Origin: Paraglomus brasilianum | Taxonomy: Eukaryota | Assembly: GCA_910592345.1 (NCBI GenBank) | Contig: CAJVPI010000183.1 | Location: forward strand, 1 to 44,749 | DNA length: 44,749 bases | Reading direction: 5' to 3' | Part shown: positions 1 to 11,880 of the stretch, one piece after another | Position numbering within the stretch: the stretch's first letter is position 1 | Layout: each line of letters starts with the position of its first letter | Translations under genes and position numbers: made by a program | Notes under the pieces: generated by a model | What the model saw: the letters and a program-made list of their open reading frames with translations, nothing else | Told to the model about the DNA's origin: nothing | Database searches by the model: none

Positions 1-180
1 TCATTTTCATTAACTTGGTGTGTTTTACATAATAATAGACAAGCTTAAACAACAATAAACCAAATGTGACAAAACAGCTTTAATACAATAATAGCCCTTT
101 GCATGGTATGGTAAATATAATATAATAACAACGACAATAGACAAGGGCGGTTTGCGCTATTAGCTAGTAATTGTGTTACA

Positions 181-417
181 CACATGACTGGAAATTTTCT
201 GGGTATTGTCGAAAACGTGACTTTTGCCGCAGATGTATCAAAAAAGGAACCAAAATTTGGGGTGCTTGCCGATCTATCAAAAACGGAACTCCTGGTGTAT
301 CAAAAACGAAACTTTTGCGTCTTGGGAGGAGTAGTCATGTGATATAGAATGTCTATATCAAGAAGTTCTAAAAAGAACCACTTCAATTCCCCCATTTCAT
401 ATGTCTTCCCAGTCATT
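181..417. repeat. Short inverted repeats enclosing three direct repeats; possible transposon-end relic
   Basis: CACATGACT (181-189) is inverted at AGTCATGTG (333-341), and CCAGTCAT near 409-416 inverts ATGACTGG. Three TATCAAAAA(N)G(G/A)AAC copies lie between 236 and 312. Confidence 0.3.
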
Positions 418-1387
418 TCATGGTAGAATTCACTTGCAAGTGAATGATTTCAGAAATGAATATGTCCATATCTAAATAGAATAACTTTAGTTTTAGTTTT
501 TTTCATTTACAACAAGTGAATAGAATATAATAGTAATATTACCTTTTATCTTTTGTTTTTATAATATGTACAAAGGGGACTGGTGAGATGGTCAGTAACC
601 ATTGTCATCAGTTATGCCTTCAAGATTCCCTGAGCACAGCACAGAGCACTGAGGTTGCCCACAACAATATTGTAAGGAATCCAGAGATAAGAAATGGCCA
701 ATCACTGGTTAATTTTTTCATAGCATTTATTAAGCTTGTATCTGCTTCTCTTACTAACACGTTTACCGTTTGTTCCACTCGTTACTGTAATGGTTATGGT
801 CAGAGTGTGTTATCAGGCAGGTGTGACTCTAAGGTCCTATCCCGTATGCTGGACCCGTTGTTGTTCTTGCCATCGTCCTGGGCATGGCTCTTCTTCTTTT
901 TATTTTTGTTTTTTTTTAGCCGTTGATGTCGTTATTGGTGTTGTGTTGATTATATTTATGTGGCCGATCTCCAAGTCCATGACAGCAGAAGACCGAGCAC
1001 GTCGTATCATCTCATACGTGATGTTTGCACCGTAGAAGCGTTGAATTTATTACTGTCATGTGTTTTCATAGACCAGCCTTCCAGTAAACTGAACAAAATC
1101 ACCGACATTAAAGTCTTGCCGATAGATTCCGCTTGATATTTTGGAAACAATCGGGTTCATATTGGTAGGCAGCGACTCCTTGGATCATTTGTTTTATGAT
1201 GTTTTTTGTGTTGACTATGACAGATACTGTGGCAGTGTTTGGCGCGTAGAAAGCTGAAGAGGTAATAAAGGTGTGTCTGAGTTCAGGTCTCAAGTTACTA
1301 AGTCCAGAACTCAGTTCCAGAACAACAACAAAAGTCACAGAGTAACACAAAAATTTACGAATCAAATTATATGGTGACGCAGGGAGT

Positions 1388-2047
1388 ATTATCATGTGGA
1401 TGATTGCCACTGGTGAAGCACCTTTTCAAGATAGACAGTTCAATAGAGATTGTCTGTAGTGAACGCTAGTTATCATGAATTAAGGCCTCAGACAAGAGTG
1501 ATTCACTATACAGACAACGTCAATTAATTGTAAAAAGCTTAACGCTTGGAAATTACAAAAACTTTTATTACACACTGGCGATATTATGGGCGGACTACGA
1601 CCTGATTCAGCATCAGAATACAAGAAACTTGCTCAGCATTGTTGTTGTGCAATTTCAGATCCTTTTTGTTGATGTAAGGGTGGACGATGATATATTGAAT
1701 GCTGTTTATCATAATGAAGTAAGACCCTTATCACGTCTTGAGAAGGAGAATAAAGGCAATATTTATGCTAGTAGATATTGCCTTGCCCATCCCTAAGAAT
1801 TAACAATTTTATCATTGAATCATATCACATGATTGCTTACAAAGAATTGTTTTCGGTTTTACGGGATATTCTAGAAGCTCTTGCCTACTGGAGATCTGCC
1901 TAAACGAAACAGTTATGATTCAGTTGCAGGTATGAAGACAACAATCACTCACATTGATATAAATGCAGAGTATTAACATCGTCTATTATTGTTTTATGAT
2001 CTATATCTAGTGACCCAAGATTTTGTAATCTCCCATGCTGGGAGAAG
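1388..2047 (+). pseudogene. Decayed C-lobe and tail of a TKL-family kinase, same family as the genes at 6.6-9.0 kb and 40.5-42.9 kb
   Basis: Fragments translate as IMWMIATGEAPFQDRQFNRD (about 1391-1450), DIMGGLRPDSASEYKKLAQHC (about 1580-1645), DDDILNAVYHNEVRPLSRLEKENK (about 1684-1755) and LPKRNSYDSVAG followed by GTATG (about 1896-1934). They are separated by insertions and frameshifts. Confidence 0.8.
1450..1517. repeat. Small hairpin or MITE-like insert interrupting the kinase relic
   Basis: TTGTCTGTAGTGAA (1450-1463) is the near-perfect inverse of TTCACTATACAGACAA (1502-1517), with a 2-nt indel. It begins exactly where the kinase reading breaks. Confidence 0.5.
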
Positions 2048-2105
2048 TAAATTACCTCCCCTGTAGTGATTGCAACTTCGATTGCCAAGTCTGACAGAGA
2101 GGTAG

Positions 2106-2406
2106 CTGATGAAAAAGCACTCTCAATTTATTTGTAGACTGATAATAATTGACACATTTGTTTACAACAAGATGACGTGGACGATAAAATTTGGTATTAA
2201 AAGTGTTTATATGTGACTTTGGTCTCTCACAATCACAGGCGTTAGAGCGCAAATTAAAGTTTAAGTGGTCATACCTTTTATTGCAAAAGTCAGACAAATA
2301 TGCATTTGTTATTTTGATGCGAATGGTGAACTACCTCTCAAATAGACTATTTGATAGCGAATTGATACGCGATATTATGGGTGGACTCGACCAACTGTGC
2401 CTGATT
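2106..2406 (+). pseudogene. Second, internally deleted TKL kinase relic
   Basis: KMTWTIKL, KVFICDFGLSQSQALERK, KSD-YAF and NRLFDSELIRDIMGGL match the kinase exon at 6576-7301 (EMTWKMKL, DFGLSQSRASERK, NRLFDSDLVCDIISGL), with deletions and frameshifts. Confidence 0.85.
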
Positions 2407-3189
2407 TAACGCCCTTGGTTTTTTGTTATTAACAATTCAGAGATTCCAAATATTGGCATACACTAGAAGAAACGTGTAAACATATGCTATTCTATTTTTT
2501 TTTTTAACAAGTACGTACTCGCCGCTCCTCCACTATAATAGTTCGTTCAAAGTATGTACAAAATTTTATTGATACATTAGTATGTAACAACTTGATCTTA
2601 AGCATACTAATACAGTTTAATCCCCTTTTTGTCTGTCAGCGATTTTCTTGCGAGCCGGCTGTGTTTCCCTCGGTTGACTTGGATATTGCTGGACAAATGA
2701 TTTTACGGTTGCTAGACGAATAACTTTACATTTGCTAGACCGGACAATTTACTATCCTTGATTCGTGTTTCTTAGTACATAGCATGCGAAACTACACGCA
2801 GAAGATGAGTCATTGGGTCAATCCGTGAATTGTTTCCGTGGTCCAGATGTGAAATACAATCTACGTGAAACGTCGCCTAAAATAAAAGAACGAGCCACAT
2901 TACAAATATAGTACATTTGCATGCTACGACAAGCTACAATATTAAATTATGCTACTTCGCAATACGTCTATAAATGAGTATTTGACGAGAACTATAATCC
3001 GTAATAATGTTGGTAAGCTTGAGCTTACAAGAGTTGGTCTACAATATTTTATTCCTCGCGTGAAGACCAATTTTGTTAACTCTCGGCGGCGATAATTTAA
3101 TGAGACTTGAAGTATTGGCTCTGACTTCAATTGTTTGTATAATTACTTGCAAACATTATAAGTTAATGGTATTTCGAAATTTCTCCGAA

Positions 3190-4357
3190 TTCGTAATGTA
3201 CTTGAGTTATATGCCAGAGAGCTGCTTCGAGACAAAGGCATTTAAGTGCGACTTTTCGATCGTTGCGGCATTGATCAGAGGGTTACAGGTTCCAAGAGAA
3301 AACGCCTTGATACTATATGAAAGAAAATATTTAAGAATAATGCTTTTTATGCACTGGAGAAAAAGCACAAGTCAACAATCTATACTAACAACTTTTATTG
3401 CAAGGTTCGTATCACTTCCACTATTATCTTGCGAGAAAAACGTTGTGAGAAAATCATGAATATTTTCAGGAATCAGAGCTTCAGTTGTCTTGTCAATTTC
3501 TGAAAGGTACGAGGTTACCAGCGGCATTGAGAGCTGCATCAGAAAGGGAGACTTGGCTTCATCATTTGGATGATATTTTGTATGGACCACACAAATCTCC
3601 TTCACAGCCTTTGAATATTCAACTGCATTGTTTAGTATGTCCACTATATTAATATCCTGTATGTTGGCAACAGCATTAAATTACAAAGTGTTCATTAATA
3701 CTTCATCATTTTTTCTGTCATAATGGCCAGTCTTACAGCAATATCATCTGATCCATTGTCTATTTGTGATCATTGCTCATTGTGCTTTTCACCTTGATCG
3801 CCATCACTTCGACAATAACGCTCTGTAATAGAAATATCCTTTGAGTACAATATTACAAGCACTGCAAATCGTGTTTAAAAGAGTCATCTAACCTGACTTT
3901 CAACTAATGAATTGAATTTTTTGTGGACGTTTTCATTGGTCTCTTGAATCGAACAGTGAACTCGAGTCTACGTGTATAAAGCAGGAATATTAGTATTAGC
4001 GATCACAAGCCTATGGCTTAAAAGACTTAGAGTACCGCTCTCTTCTCTTGCATCCAAATTTCCCAGTCTTGTTTATATTTTCCGTCCTAATTAAAAGAAA
4101 GAACTACAATAATATAAACATGAAAAATGTATTCGATTATGTACATCAAACTCGTTTCGCATTTTTGTAAGCTTCTTCTGTATTTCCTTATTTTTAGGAT
4201 TGCACTCCAATGCTGAATTAAGAGTATTACGATACTTCTCATTTGCACGGTTATGATGGGTTGGTTTTATATATCGATAGAACGCAAGGGGTGTAGGTTT
4301 ATCACAATTAATCATCCATCTTATGTTTTCTTTTTTCATGCTCTCGGATTTCGGCAT
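3190..4357 (-). pseudogene. Multi-exon hypothetical gene, 3' half disrupted
   Basis: Three clean phase-0 exons: 4357-4145 (MPKSE..RNEFD), 4086-4036 (DGKYKQDWEIWMQEKRA) and 3967-3893 (TRVH..VESQ), with GT-AG introns. The next exon reaches a stop from either candidate acceptor. Protein-like frames continue at 3644-3372 and about 3330-3200 (IKAFSLGTCNPLINAATIEKSHLNAFV). Confidence 0.55.
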
Positions 4358-4437
4358 TCTTGGTTTAATCGTAAAAGATATGGGTAAGTATCTTGTTGAA
4401 CAAAACTTATTAATTAGTCATCAAAGTGAGATGTCCT

Positions 4438-4657
4438 TCACTCAAGACCGGCCATCTACTGATGACTTGCCACTATTGATTGGCTTCCGACAGATCTAGA
4501 GATTCCAGTCTGCCCGCTGGCGTCTTTTGTGTCCAACAACCTCATAATAATAACTCTGCGCGACACTCAAAGCCGGCCATCTATTGATGACTTGCCACTA
4601 TTGGTTGGCTTCCGACAGATCTGGTGTTCCCAGTCTGCCCGCTGGCGCTTTTTGTGC
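4438..4657. repeat. Direct duplication of about 93 bp with a short spacer
   Basis: CACTCAA..CCGGCCATCTA.TGATGACTTGCC..GGCTTCCGACAGATCT..CCAGTCTGCCCGCTGGCG occurs at about 4438-4531 and 4564-4657. Confidence 0.9.
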
Positions 4658-5111
4658 TTAACAGAGCTATCGAAAAACTGTGGAGAGAAGAAAAAATCTT
4701 ACACTCGCCTGAATAATAATAAATAGTAATTATGTACGCGGAAGGAGCTACGAAGAATTGTAAAATGAAAAAAAAAACCAACTTTATTTATTTATTTTTT
4801 TACCGTAACACAGATCAGCTGATCAGCTGATGGGTTACACAAATAGAAGCTTTACTTACGTACTCGATGGTGACAATGCGGGTGATCAGAATAAAAATAA
4901 TGCCACTATTTGATTTTACCTATATTTAGTAATTTGTAGTTATTATGAAAGTATTAACTGGCGGATATGTAATACAGAAGTCACGGGTCGCACGACTGAT
5001 ATAGCAAATAGTCCTACATCCGCTGGACGGATTTCCCTTATTATTATTGTACATCACGATCAGTATAAATCTACCCCAGATTATGATCGTGCCTCTACTA
5101 TATTACAAATC

Positions 5112-5196
5112 CAGGCCACATAAATCAGGCCACATAAATTCAGGCCACATAAATTCAGGCCACATAAATTCAGGCCACATAAATCAGGCCACATAC
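5112..5196. repeat. Minisatellite, 6 x CAGGCCACATAAAT(T)
   Basis: Six head-to-tail 14/15-bp units with no spacers; the last is partial. Confidence 0.95.
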
Positions 5197-5198
5197 AT

Positions 5199-5525
5199 AT
5201 GTTGAAGAAGAAGACTCAAGCGACTAAGAGGAGGCTACTATTTATGTACAAATGGGAAGAGAAGCTCTCGAATTAGTTAAAAAATTTTTAGAACAAAGAG
5301 AGTTTACAATAGAAAGTGATATAAGGTATATACGTAGTATAATTCGACGCTTAGACGAGTCAGTAGAAAGGTCAAAGCTTTATTAACAGAATTATTAACC
5401 AATAAAATTGCATGCTTTAAATAACGTTACACACACATATATGCCTTAGTTGTATCCCACCTCGAATATATCCCCGAAAAAGCTCCGTCCCGTCCCAAGG
5501 TGGGGATATAAATGAGGTAGGACTG
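5199..5525 (+). mobile_element. 3' relic of a pogo/Tigger (Tc1/mariner superfamily) transposon with right TIR
   Basis: The frame reads VEEEDSSD*EEATIYVQMGREALELVKKFLEQREFTIESDIRYIRSIIRRLDES, an acidic patch plus helical tail typical of pogo/CENP-B-like transposase C-termini. It ends in GGGGATATAAATGAGGTAGGACTG followed by TA, related to the TIR of the 21518-22207 element. Confidence 0.65.
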
Positions 5526-6575
5526 TACATTGTTAAGAACAAATGCGCATCGATATGAACGCGAGATTAGCGGTTTTACAACTATACCAATAATTTATCA
5601 GGAACGAATCGAAAGTGATTCAACACACATGCATACTGGATCTATGTTGCTTATATTAATATATCCTCCGGGCTTACGTGTAAATTTCGTATTCGGAATC
5701 TGAATGGTGTGGTGTCGCTTTTTTGACGCTGTATGACACAAATTGATCGGATATTGTTACCGTCGGAAATTAGGGAGGAATATACGCCATAATTAATATT
5801 AGCCTTCACAAAAGCAATCTTTCTAAAGAGCAAAACGCTTATTTTGTTATATCGACATTATGGATGAACCGTGATATACGAACACACTAACACTGCAGAT
5901 CCAGCTTTTGTTATCTAAAATTATATAGTAGAAACTGGTGTCTAAAAGCACACGTTTAACAAAATATTATTTTACTTGTTTACGAAAAAAGATTGGACTG
6001 GTTTACAAAATTGTAATATTAATATTTAATAACCATTTCTTAGACGTCAAATTGAGCAAGGTAAATAGTCTTTACTATACACTATAAGTTCTTGCGCTAT
6101 ATACCAAATGAATACATTGTTGAATCGTGTATAACATACTCATAACGCTCTTACTAATTTTTGACTCGTCAATTATTAAGTTTTAAGTAGTTCAGCGCAA
6201 CACAGGTGACAGCTTTATCTTAACAATAAGAGGTAACGTTAGTCACCTACAAGAATTATTTTGACGCGCGTTTAAGCAAGGGCATATCTTAATATTAATA
6301 TGGAAACATCCTTAGTCAATGTGCATCTCTCCCAGTACAGCTGAATAAAAAAATAGTTCTTACAAGCAAAAGGGAGGGAGGTTACTGTATGTATAAAGGT
6401 TTTATTATTATTATTACTCAGGTCGTTACGTATTTTGATAATTAAACTTCACACGTACTTTGAATAGCAAAACTTCAAGTCATTTGCATTCGTGCTATTC
6501 ACTGTATTCATACATGAACTGAATCAAAACCATAGCCGTTTCTCAATTTAGGCTAACAAGATTTGATTAGAGTAT

Positions 6576-8992
6576 TTACTCTACTTCTCCAAATGTGATA
6601 TTGGTATAATATATAGTATTCCATATATCGTTATCTGACTCATTCTTGCTTATCCTTTCAATGAAACCATATATATAATTAGAAAGATCATAGTATGTTG
6701 GACGTTTGTCAGGATCAGCATCACAACACCGCCCCGCGAGTTCCTTGTAAGCCTCTGGTGCGGAATCAGGCATCACGGGTCGCAATCCACTTATAATATC
6801 GCATACTAGATCACTGTCAAATAATCTGTTTCTGAAAGGTGGTTCACCATTGGCAAATAAATACATAATAACACCAAAAGCATAAATGTCTGATTGCTGA
6901 GTAAATTTGCGAGTCCTAAAGACTTCTGGTGCAATAAAAGGTATGTTACCGTGAATAGTTGATTTACGTTCTGATGCCCGTGATTGTGAGAGACCAAAGT
7001 CACCTACTAATGTTTTAATTGAACCATCACTTCTGGTCTTAAACATGATGCTTCCACCATGAAGATTGCAATGTACCAATCCACAAAAATGTATTCCAAT
7101 CAGATTCCTCACAATACTCTTCAAAATCATTAATTTCATCTTCCATGTCATCTCATTAATATTCCGATTCAAATAAGATAAAATATCACCATTATCGGCA
7201 TATGGCAACACGATCATGTATTCGTTGGTCGCCGGTTGTTGTGTAACCCCGTAAATTTTAATAAAACAAGAATATCCAGTAGACTTGGCGTGATTCCTGA
7301 ACTATTATTAAATGAGGAATAAACAATAAATTGGTACAGTACAACTTGTCAGAGATTGCTTACCTCGTGAATAAGTAATTCCGGCATGTGATCAAAATTC
7401 TTAAAACGTTTGAGAACAACACGTTCTTGTTCTTCGGCAAGAAATCCGTTATAATTACGTCTGGCAGTATAGATTGTTCTACAACTATCAGATACGATCT
7501 CTTGAATTCTATCAAAGTTGGTGTATTGTATAAATGCCACCTGACCATTAGCTCGCATGAATCTATCCAATACTTCACGAATCCCACGGTAGAACACCAA
7601 ACAATAGTCATGGGTAGATGGGTTTTGAGTAATTCCAATAACCCAGATATTATCCGGTGTTAATATCTCTGGATAATGCTTACGCAGCTGTTTGAATAAA
7701 TAACATAAAAATCGTTGCTTGAAAACACGCGATTTGACATACCTTATAATATATACTTTTTTTATACAAGTGGAAACATTTACCTGATAGAAATCGAACG
7801 ACTGACTGTTCTGTCCATCAACTATCGTTTTGAATGTTACTTTTACCAGTGTATCCGTTGCTGGCTCTAACCAGATTGCTTCGTGAGTGCACCCATGATG
7901 TAATAATGTCGCCTCTTGTACATTCCTCAGTTGCGAATACTCTATCCATTGCATATGAGCATCAGCTTCACTCATCGTATCTCTCCATGATTCCATTATA
8001 AATGAATCCAGCAAATCGTTGCCGGTAGTCCAATCAAGAGGCCTTGATGTCTTACACCGAAAACAGAATGCAGCTATGTGAGGTACTAAATATTCTGCAC
8101 ATGCCAGACATGCACCGACTCTAGGTGTTTGTGTTATTAGACAATATTTTTGCTCCCCCGTATCGTATGTAAATCCAATAGTAATCCACTTGTCCAGATG
8201 CTGATCACACAACTGATAAAATAAAAAGCAGCATGTTAGGTCCAAAAGCCAATAAATATATTGTATAATTGAATAGTTTACCTCGTCATAATATGAATCG
8301 TCTGTCTCGTCTGTTATTTCGAGTGAAATCAGTTCAACTAATACATTACACCCAATACCAATAGATAAAGGTAGACCACGTAAGTTTGTTCCTGCTCCAA
8401 ACATGGGAGCGCCACGTCCAATGCAATCAAACGGAATCCATTCTAAATAGGCATCATTTGCTGACCCCGTTTGTATTTGCGACTTTTTAATAAACTCGTC
8501 GAGCTTTTTATTATTGCTAGTCCAAGTATTAGATAATTCTTTACGGCCACAAATGCACCACACTGGACTGCATCTGAATATTCCGCATTCAGAACAGAAT
8601 CCATATCGAGAGTAACAATATTGAAACTGTATTCCAGCAACCATGTAATAGTTGCTTTCATACTCGGTAAATCCCAGTATCATGCCGTTACGATAATTAA
8701 GCCATTTTGTATATCTTCTGAACTGATTGGGTAGAGTATAAACACGCTTGCATGTTGGAAGGGAGTGCTTTCTGGCAAACTCGTTTATAAATTCTGGTGT
8801 ACATTTGTCATCATTTCCAAGAAGTAACAGCATAAGCCGACGGGATCCTTGTCTGCAGCGAATGATTTGGTCAGCAGTGTCTTGAAATAACTCTACGTTA
8901 GAAAATTCTGAATAATAAATCCATCGAAGACTATAATATTCCTCCGGTAAAGAGGCTTGGATCAAGCTGTCGATTGCCTGATGTCCTGACAT
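6576..8992 (-). CDS. Cytoplasmic TKL-family protein A, about 729 aa, with repeated N-lobe/Cys modules; probable pseudokinase
   Basis: Exons 8992-8282, 8212-7784, 7687-7364 and 7301-6576; GT-AG introns of 69, 96 and 62 nt, all phase 0 and at the same positions as in paralog B. VVLK, DFG, APE and SDIYAFG are present. The catalytic loop reads HCNLHGGS and the Gly loop reads IVSDSC. Confidence 0.88.
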
Positions 8993-9070
8993 TTTTTGCG
9001 AAACTTCAAAGTACAAGGCTTTTTGTATCACACTACTTGAATTTTTTCACACTGTATACCATAATAAATA

Positions 9071-9450
9071 TATCTTAGCCTTAACGGGTTACCGTAGGCA
9101 TGGACGCCTTTTGTACCTCCTTCTTCTGTTCCTCCCTCATTCTTTCTTATAAATCCATTACTTCTTCCCTTCCTTGACCTTCTATATCTGAAATTTATAG
9201 ATTCTCCTCTACCTTGTCTTCTCCATAATAATTACAATTCATTTTTTCCATATTAATATTGATATACTGTCATAATTAACAATAACAATTTCTTTATTAT
9301 TATCTTAAACATTAACTTTGTAACTATTGCTATTCAATATTATTTCATCTGCACATATTCTCTAGGCTTCTTAGCCAAGCTCTTTATTGTACCTATGTAT
9401 GCCTAGCATATATGTTAAAACTAGCTCTAGCGGGTAACCGTAGTTAGACA
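9071..9450. mobile_element. Possible decayed solo LTR or other insertion just upstream of TKL A
   Basis: Ends read TATCTTAG... and ...TTAGACA (TG..CA-like with one mismatch). Related motifs CGGGTTACCGTAG and CGGGTAACCGTAG lie near each end, and the interior is CpG-poor. No clean target-site duplication was found. Confidence 0.25.
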
Positions 9451-9924
9451 ATAAAGTTCTATATTATAAAAAAAAAAAAAAATTCCTGTTCTTGATACTG
9501 TAAACCGGAAATCCTGTGACTATCTTTAAACTAAGGAATAATTAAAGTCGATAAGCAAAAAGGTATCTTCACGTTGCGAGTAGCAACTTGTTAACTGTGA
9601 TCTTTCATGCTGATGTATGTTTGTACCCACAACAAAGAAAATGTAGCTTTCTTATCAACTGCAATATGAGCGTAGAAAACTGTAAGTTCAGGCGCGGCTT
9701 TTGAAAAATTTAATTCTTTTTCCGAGCACTTTTAGTGACTGAATATGATTTGACATTGATTGTAATCTTTCCTTATTTGAAGGAGATTGAGCCTTTGCAA
9801 CTATGACGTATGAAATAGCAGTAATCGTAGCAAAAAGTTGGACAAATTTAAATTATTCGTGTATGGCATGCAAGGGAGGGAGGCAAGTTAGATCAAAACT
9901 TGCAGATGTTGAGTGTAGATTACC

Positions 9925-11880
9925 TGGGGTTTTCTGTCTATCTTTAAATTGTAGTGAATCTTAATTTATTGTGGATGAAGTCAGTTTCTTGTTGCAATCA
10001 ATCGGACTGTATGCAAATATTCCATTAGCCTTTGTATTCGGTATGTGGGATGATTATCTGCTTGAATGTTTGATAACATGTGCAGCTGTCGAATCGAAGT
10101 AAACAAACTTTTTATTCTTTAGAATGAGAAACAGGGAAGAGTGTATCTGGATGAGGCTATAACTTAATTAGTTTTTTGATTGTGTAGCTTAAAAGCTCAA
10201 GTTATTTGGGATGTACGGTGTTCTACGTAAGTAATACACATTATTGTACGCTTGATACGAAGAGAAAATTTGGGGGTGAATATTTCTTCCTAACAAGGAA
10301 TACACGGAAATTGGGCGAAGTCATTTTTAGTGAGATGGGATAGAATAATCTTGCGCAATGCGGCAGAAGGACGCCAATATGAATGACTACTGACTTCGTG
10401 TAATGGAGTAAGCATATTATTGTGCGCACCGATATGCGAAATCTATGAATCTGTATTTGCATCGAGAACAATTTCGTTGGTGTTAAGGGAAAATATACCG
10501 ATAACGTAAGACATTTTGATCAAGTTGTGTTATTGATTCTTTTATGAGTTTTTTATATTATTATGTCGAAAAAAGCAAGCGATAGAACTGAAATATGGAT
10601 TAATCGTCTATTTTTGGGAAAATGTAATAATGATGTAATGTGTGTGTCTGTGACAGACAAACAAAATGCAGCGCTAAATTGTGGCAAGGGTAAATATAAT
10701 GCTTTTACGGGAAAGGATCGGCAATTTAGTAGTCTAATTATGACGAAATTTCGTATTCTTTGGAAAATAAGCAACACCCGAAAATAAGCAACACTTCAGA
10801 ATAAATAATTTACCTTTATAAATATATTCAATTGATTATTTTATTATTACAATAAAGAAAATTGTCGGAAATGATTAATCCGTGATATGAGTATCAATGA
10901 TGTATCATCCTCGCCAATGACGAAGTCAGTGGTAATTTCTTTCGTTTTATTAAACTACCCGAAAATAAGCAATACTATAACAAAAAAGTGTTGCTTATTT
11001 CCAAAGAATACGGTAATAAGTATTTGTGTAATACGGGATTCCATGATTTTACCCCAAAAAATTACTAAACTTTGGAGAAGGGAGAGAGCTGCAAACAAAG
11101 AAACCCACTTCATATTAAATTGGAATGGTAATGACAGTTGTCTTCAGTGCATTTGTTATTGTAAAATATATCATGTTGTAAGTTAAGTTATTATAAGGAA
11201 AGAATACTGCGGCACATTTTCTTTCCCTTATAAATACACGTACGGTGTCAAGGCTTCCTTATGCATAACAGTTATATAAAAACGGTCGTATAAATTCTTA
11301 TGAAGGGAAGTCCGCAATTGAAATGATACACGCAAATAACGAATGGGAAGGTGCCATCGACAAACCAGGTTACGTGTAACATCGGGCATCAAGTGATAAA
11401 GGGATATTTACTATACGTTAAAATAGATATTACTTCCTCATGGCAAGGTGAAAATCACATACCCAATATAAATTAATCGTCCTTCAATAAAGTGTACTTG
11501 AACATCAGTATTCGATCTCAGATACATGAAAAGAAAAGCCATTTTGTTAAAATGGGTGAATTTATGCAGCTGGAAGTGTAGCAGTAACTACCCCCACAGC
11601 AACTGTGTTGCGCTCACTTGAATCTGACCAATAAAGTTTGTCTTAGTCTAACCGGTATGTACGTCCGTTCCTTAATTGGTAAAATGATAACTTAATTGCA
11701 AAATTTTGGCCGTATAAAACGTAACCAAACCCATATTTAGTAAATCGCCAAAATTACACTATGGAGCTTCGGTCAAAGTTATGTTAACTATAACAGATGT
11801 TCTGGCAAACTCAAAAACCAAGAATGATGCGTTTCTTCGGCTGCAAGATAATTTGTCTCAAATATAGGTTCAAATACAAA
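9925..11880. repeat. Segment duplicated in inverted orientation at about 24945-26400
   Basis: 10021-10292 is the reverse complement of about 26000-26260, 11497-11555 of 25941-25990, and 11585-11875 of 24950-25210. An example shared string is TTCTGGCAAACTCAAAAACCAAGAA. Confidence 0.9.
10752..11013. mobile_element. MITE of Tc1/mariner (pogo-like) type
   Basis: Left TIR CGTATTCTTTGGAAAATAAGCAACAC matches right TIR GTGTTGCTTATTTCCAAAGAATACGG followed by TA. CCGAAAATAAGCAA subterminal repeats are present. It lies in a block absent from the inverted paralog at 26 kb. Confidence 0.75.

Noticed and set aside
588..1410. ORFs 588-926, 736-1035 and 1108-1410
   Set aside because: They overlap, have low-complexity composition and show no recognisable motifs or splice structure. 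They may be TE debris, but I cannot support that.
5112..5196. CRISPR-like or telomeric array
   Set aside because: The units are contiguous with no unique spacers, the context is eukaryotic, and the unit is not TTAGGG-like.
7349..9031. 560-aa single-exon ORF with a GTG start
   Set aside because: It reads through two stop-free introns whose positions are confirmed by paralog B. The ATG at 8992 aligns with the start of B.
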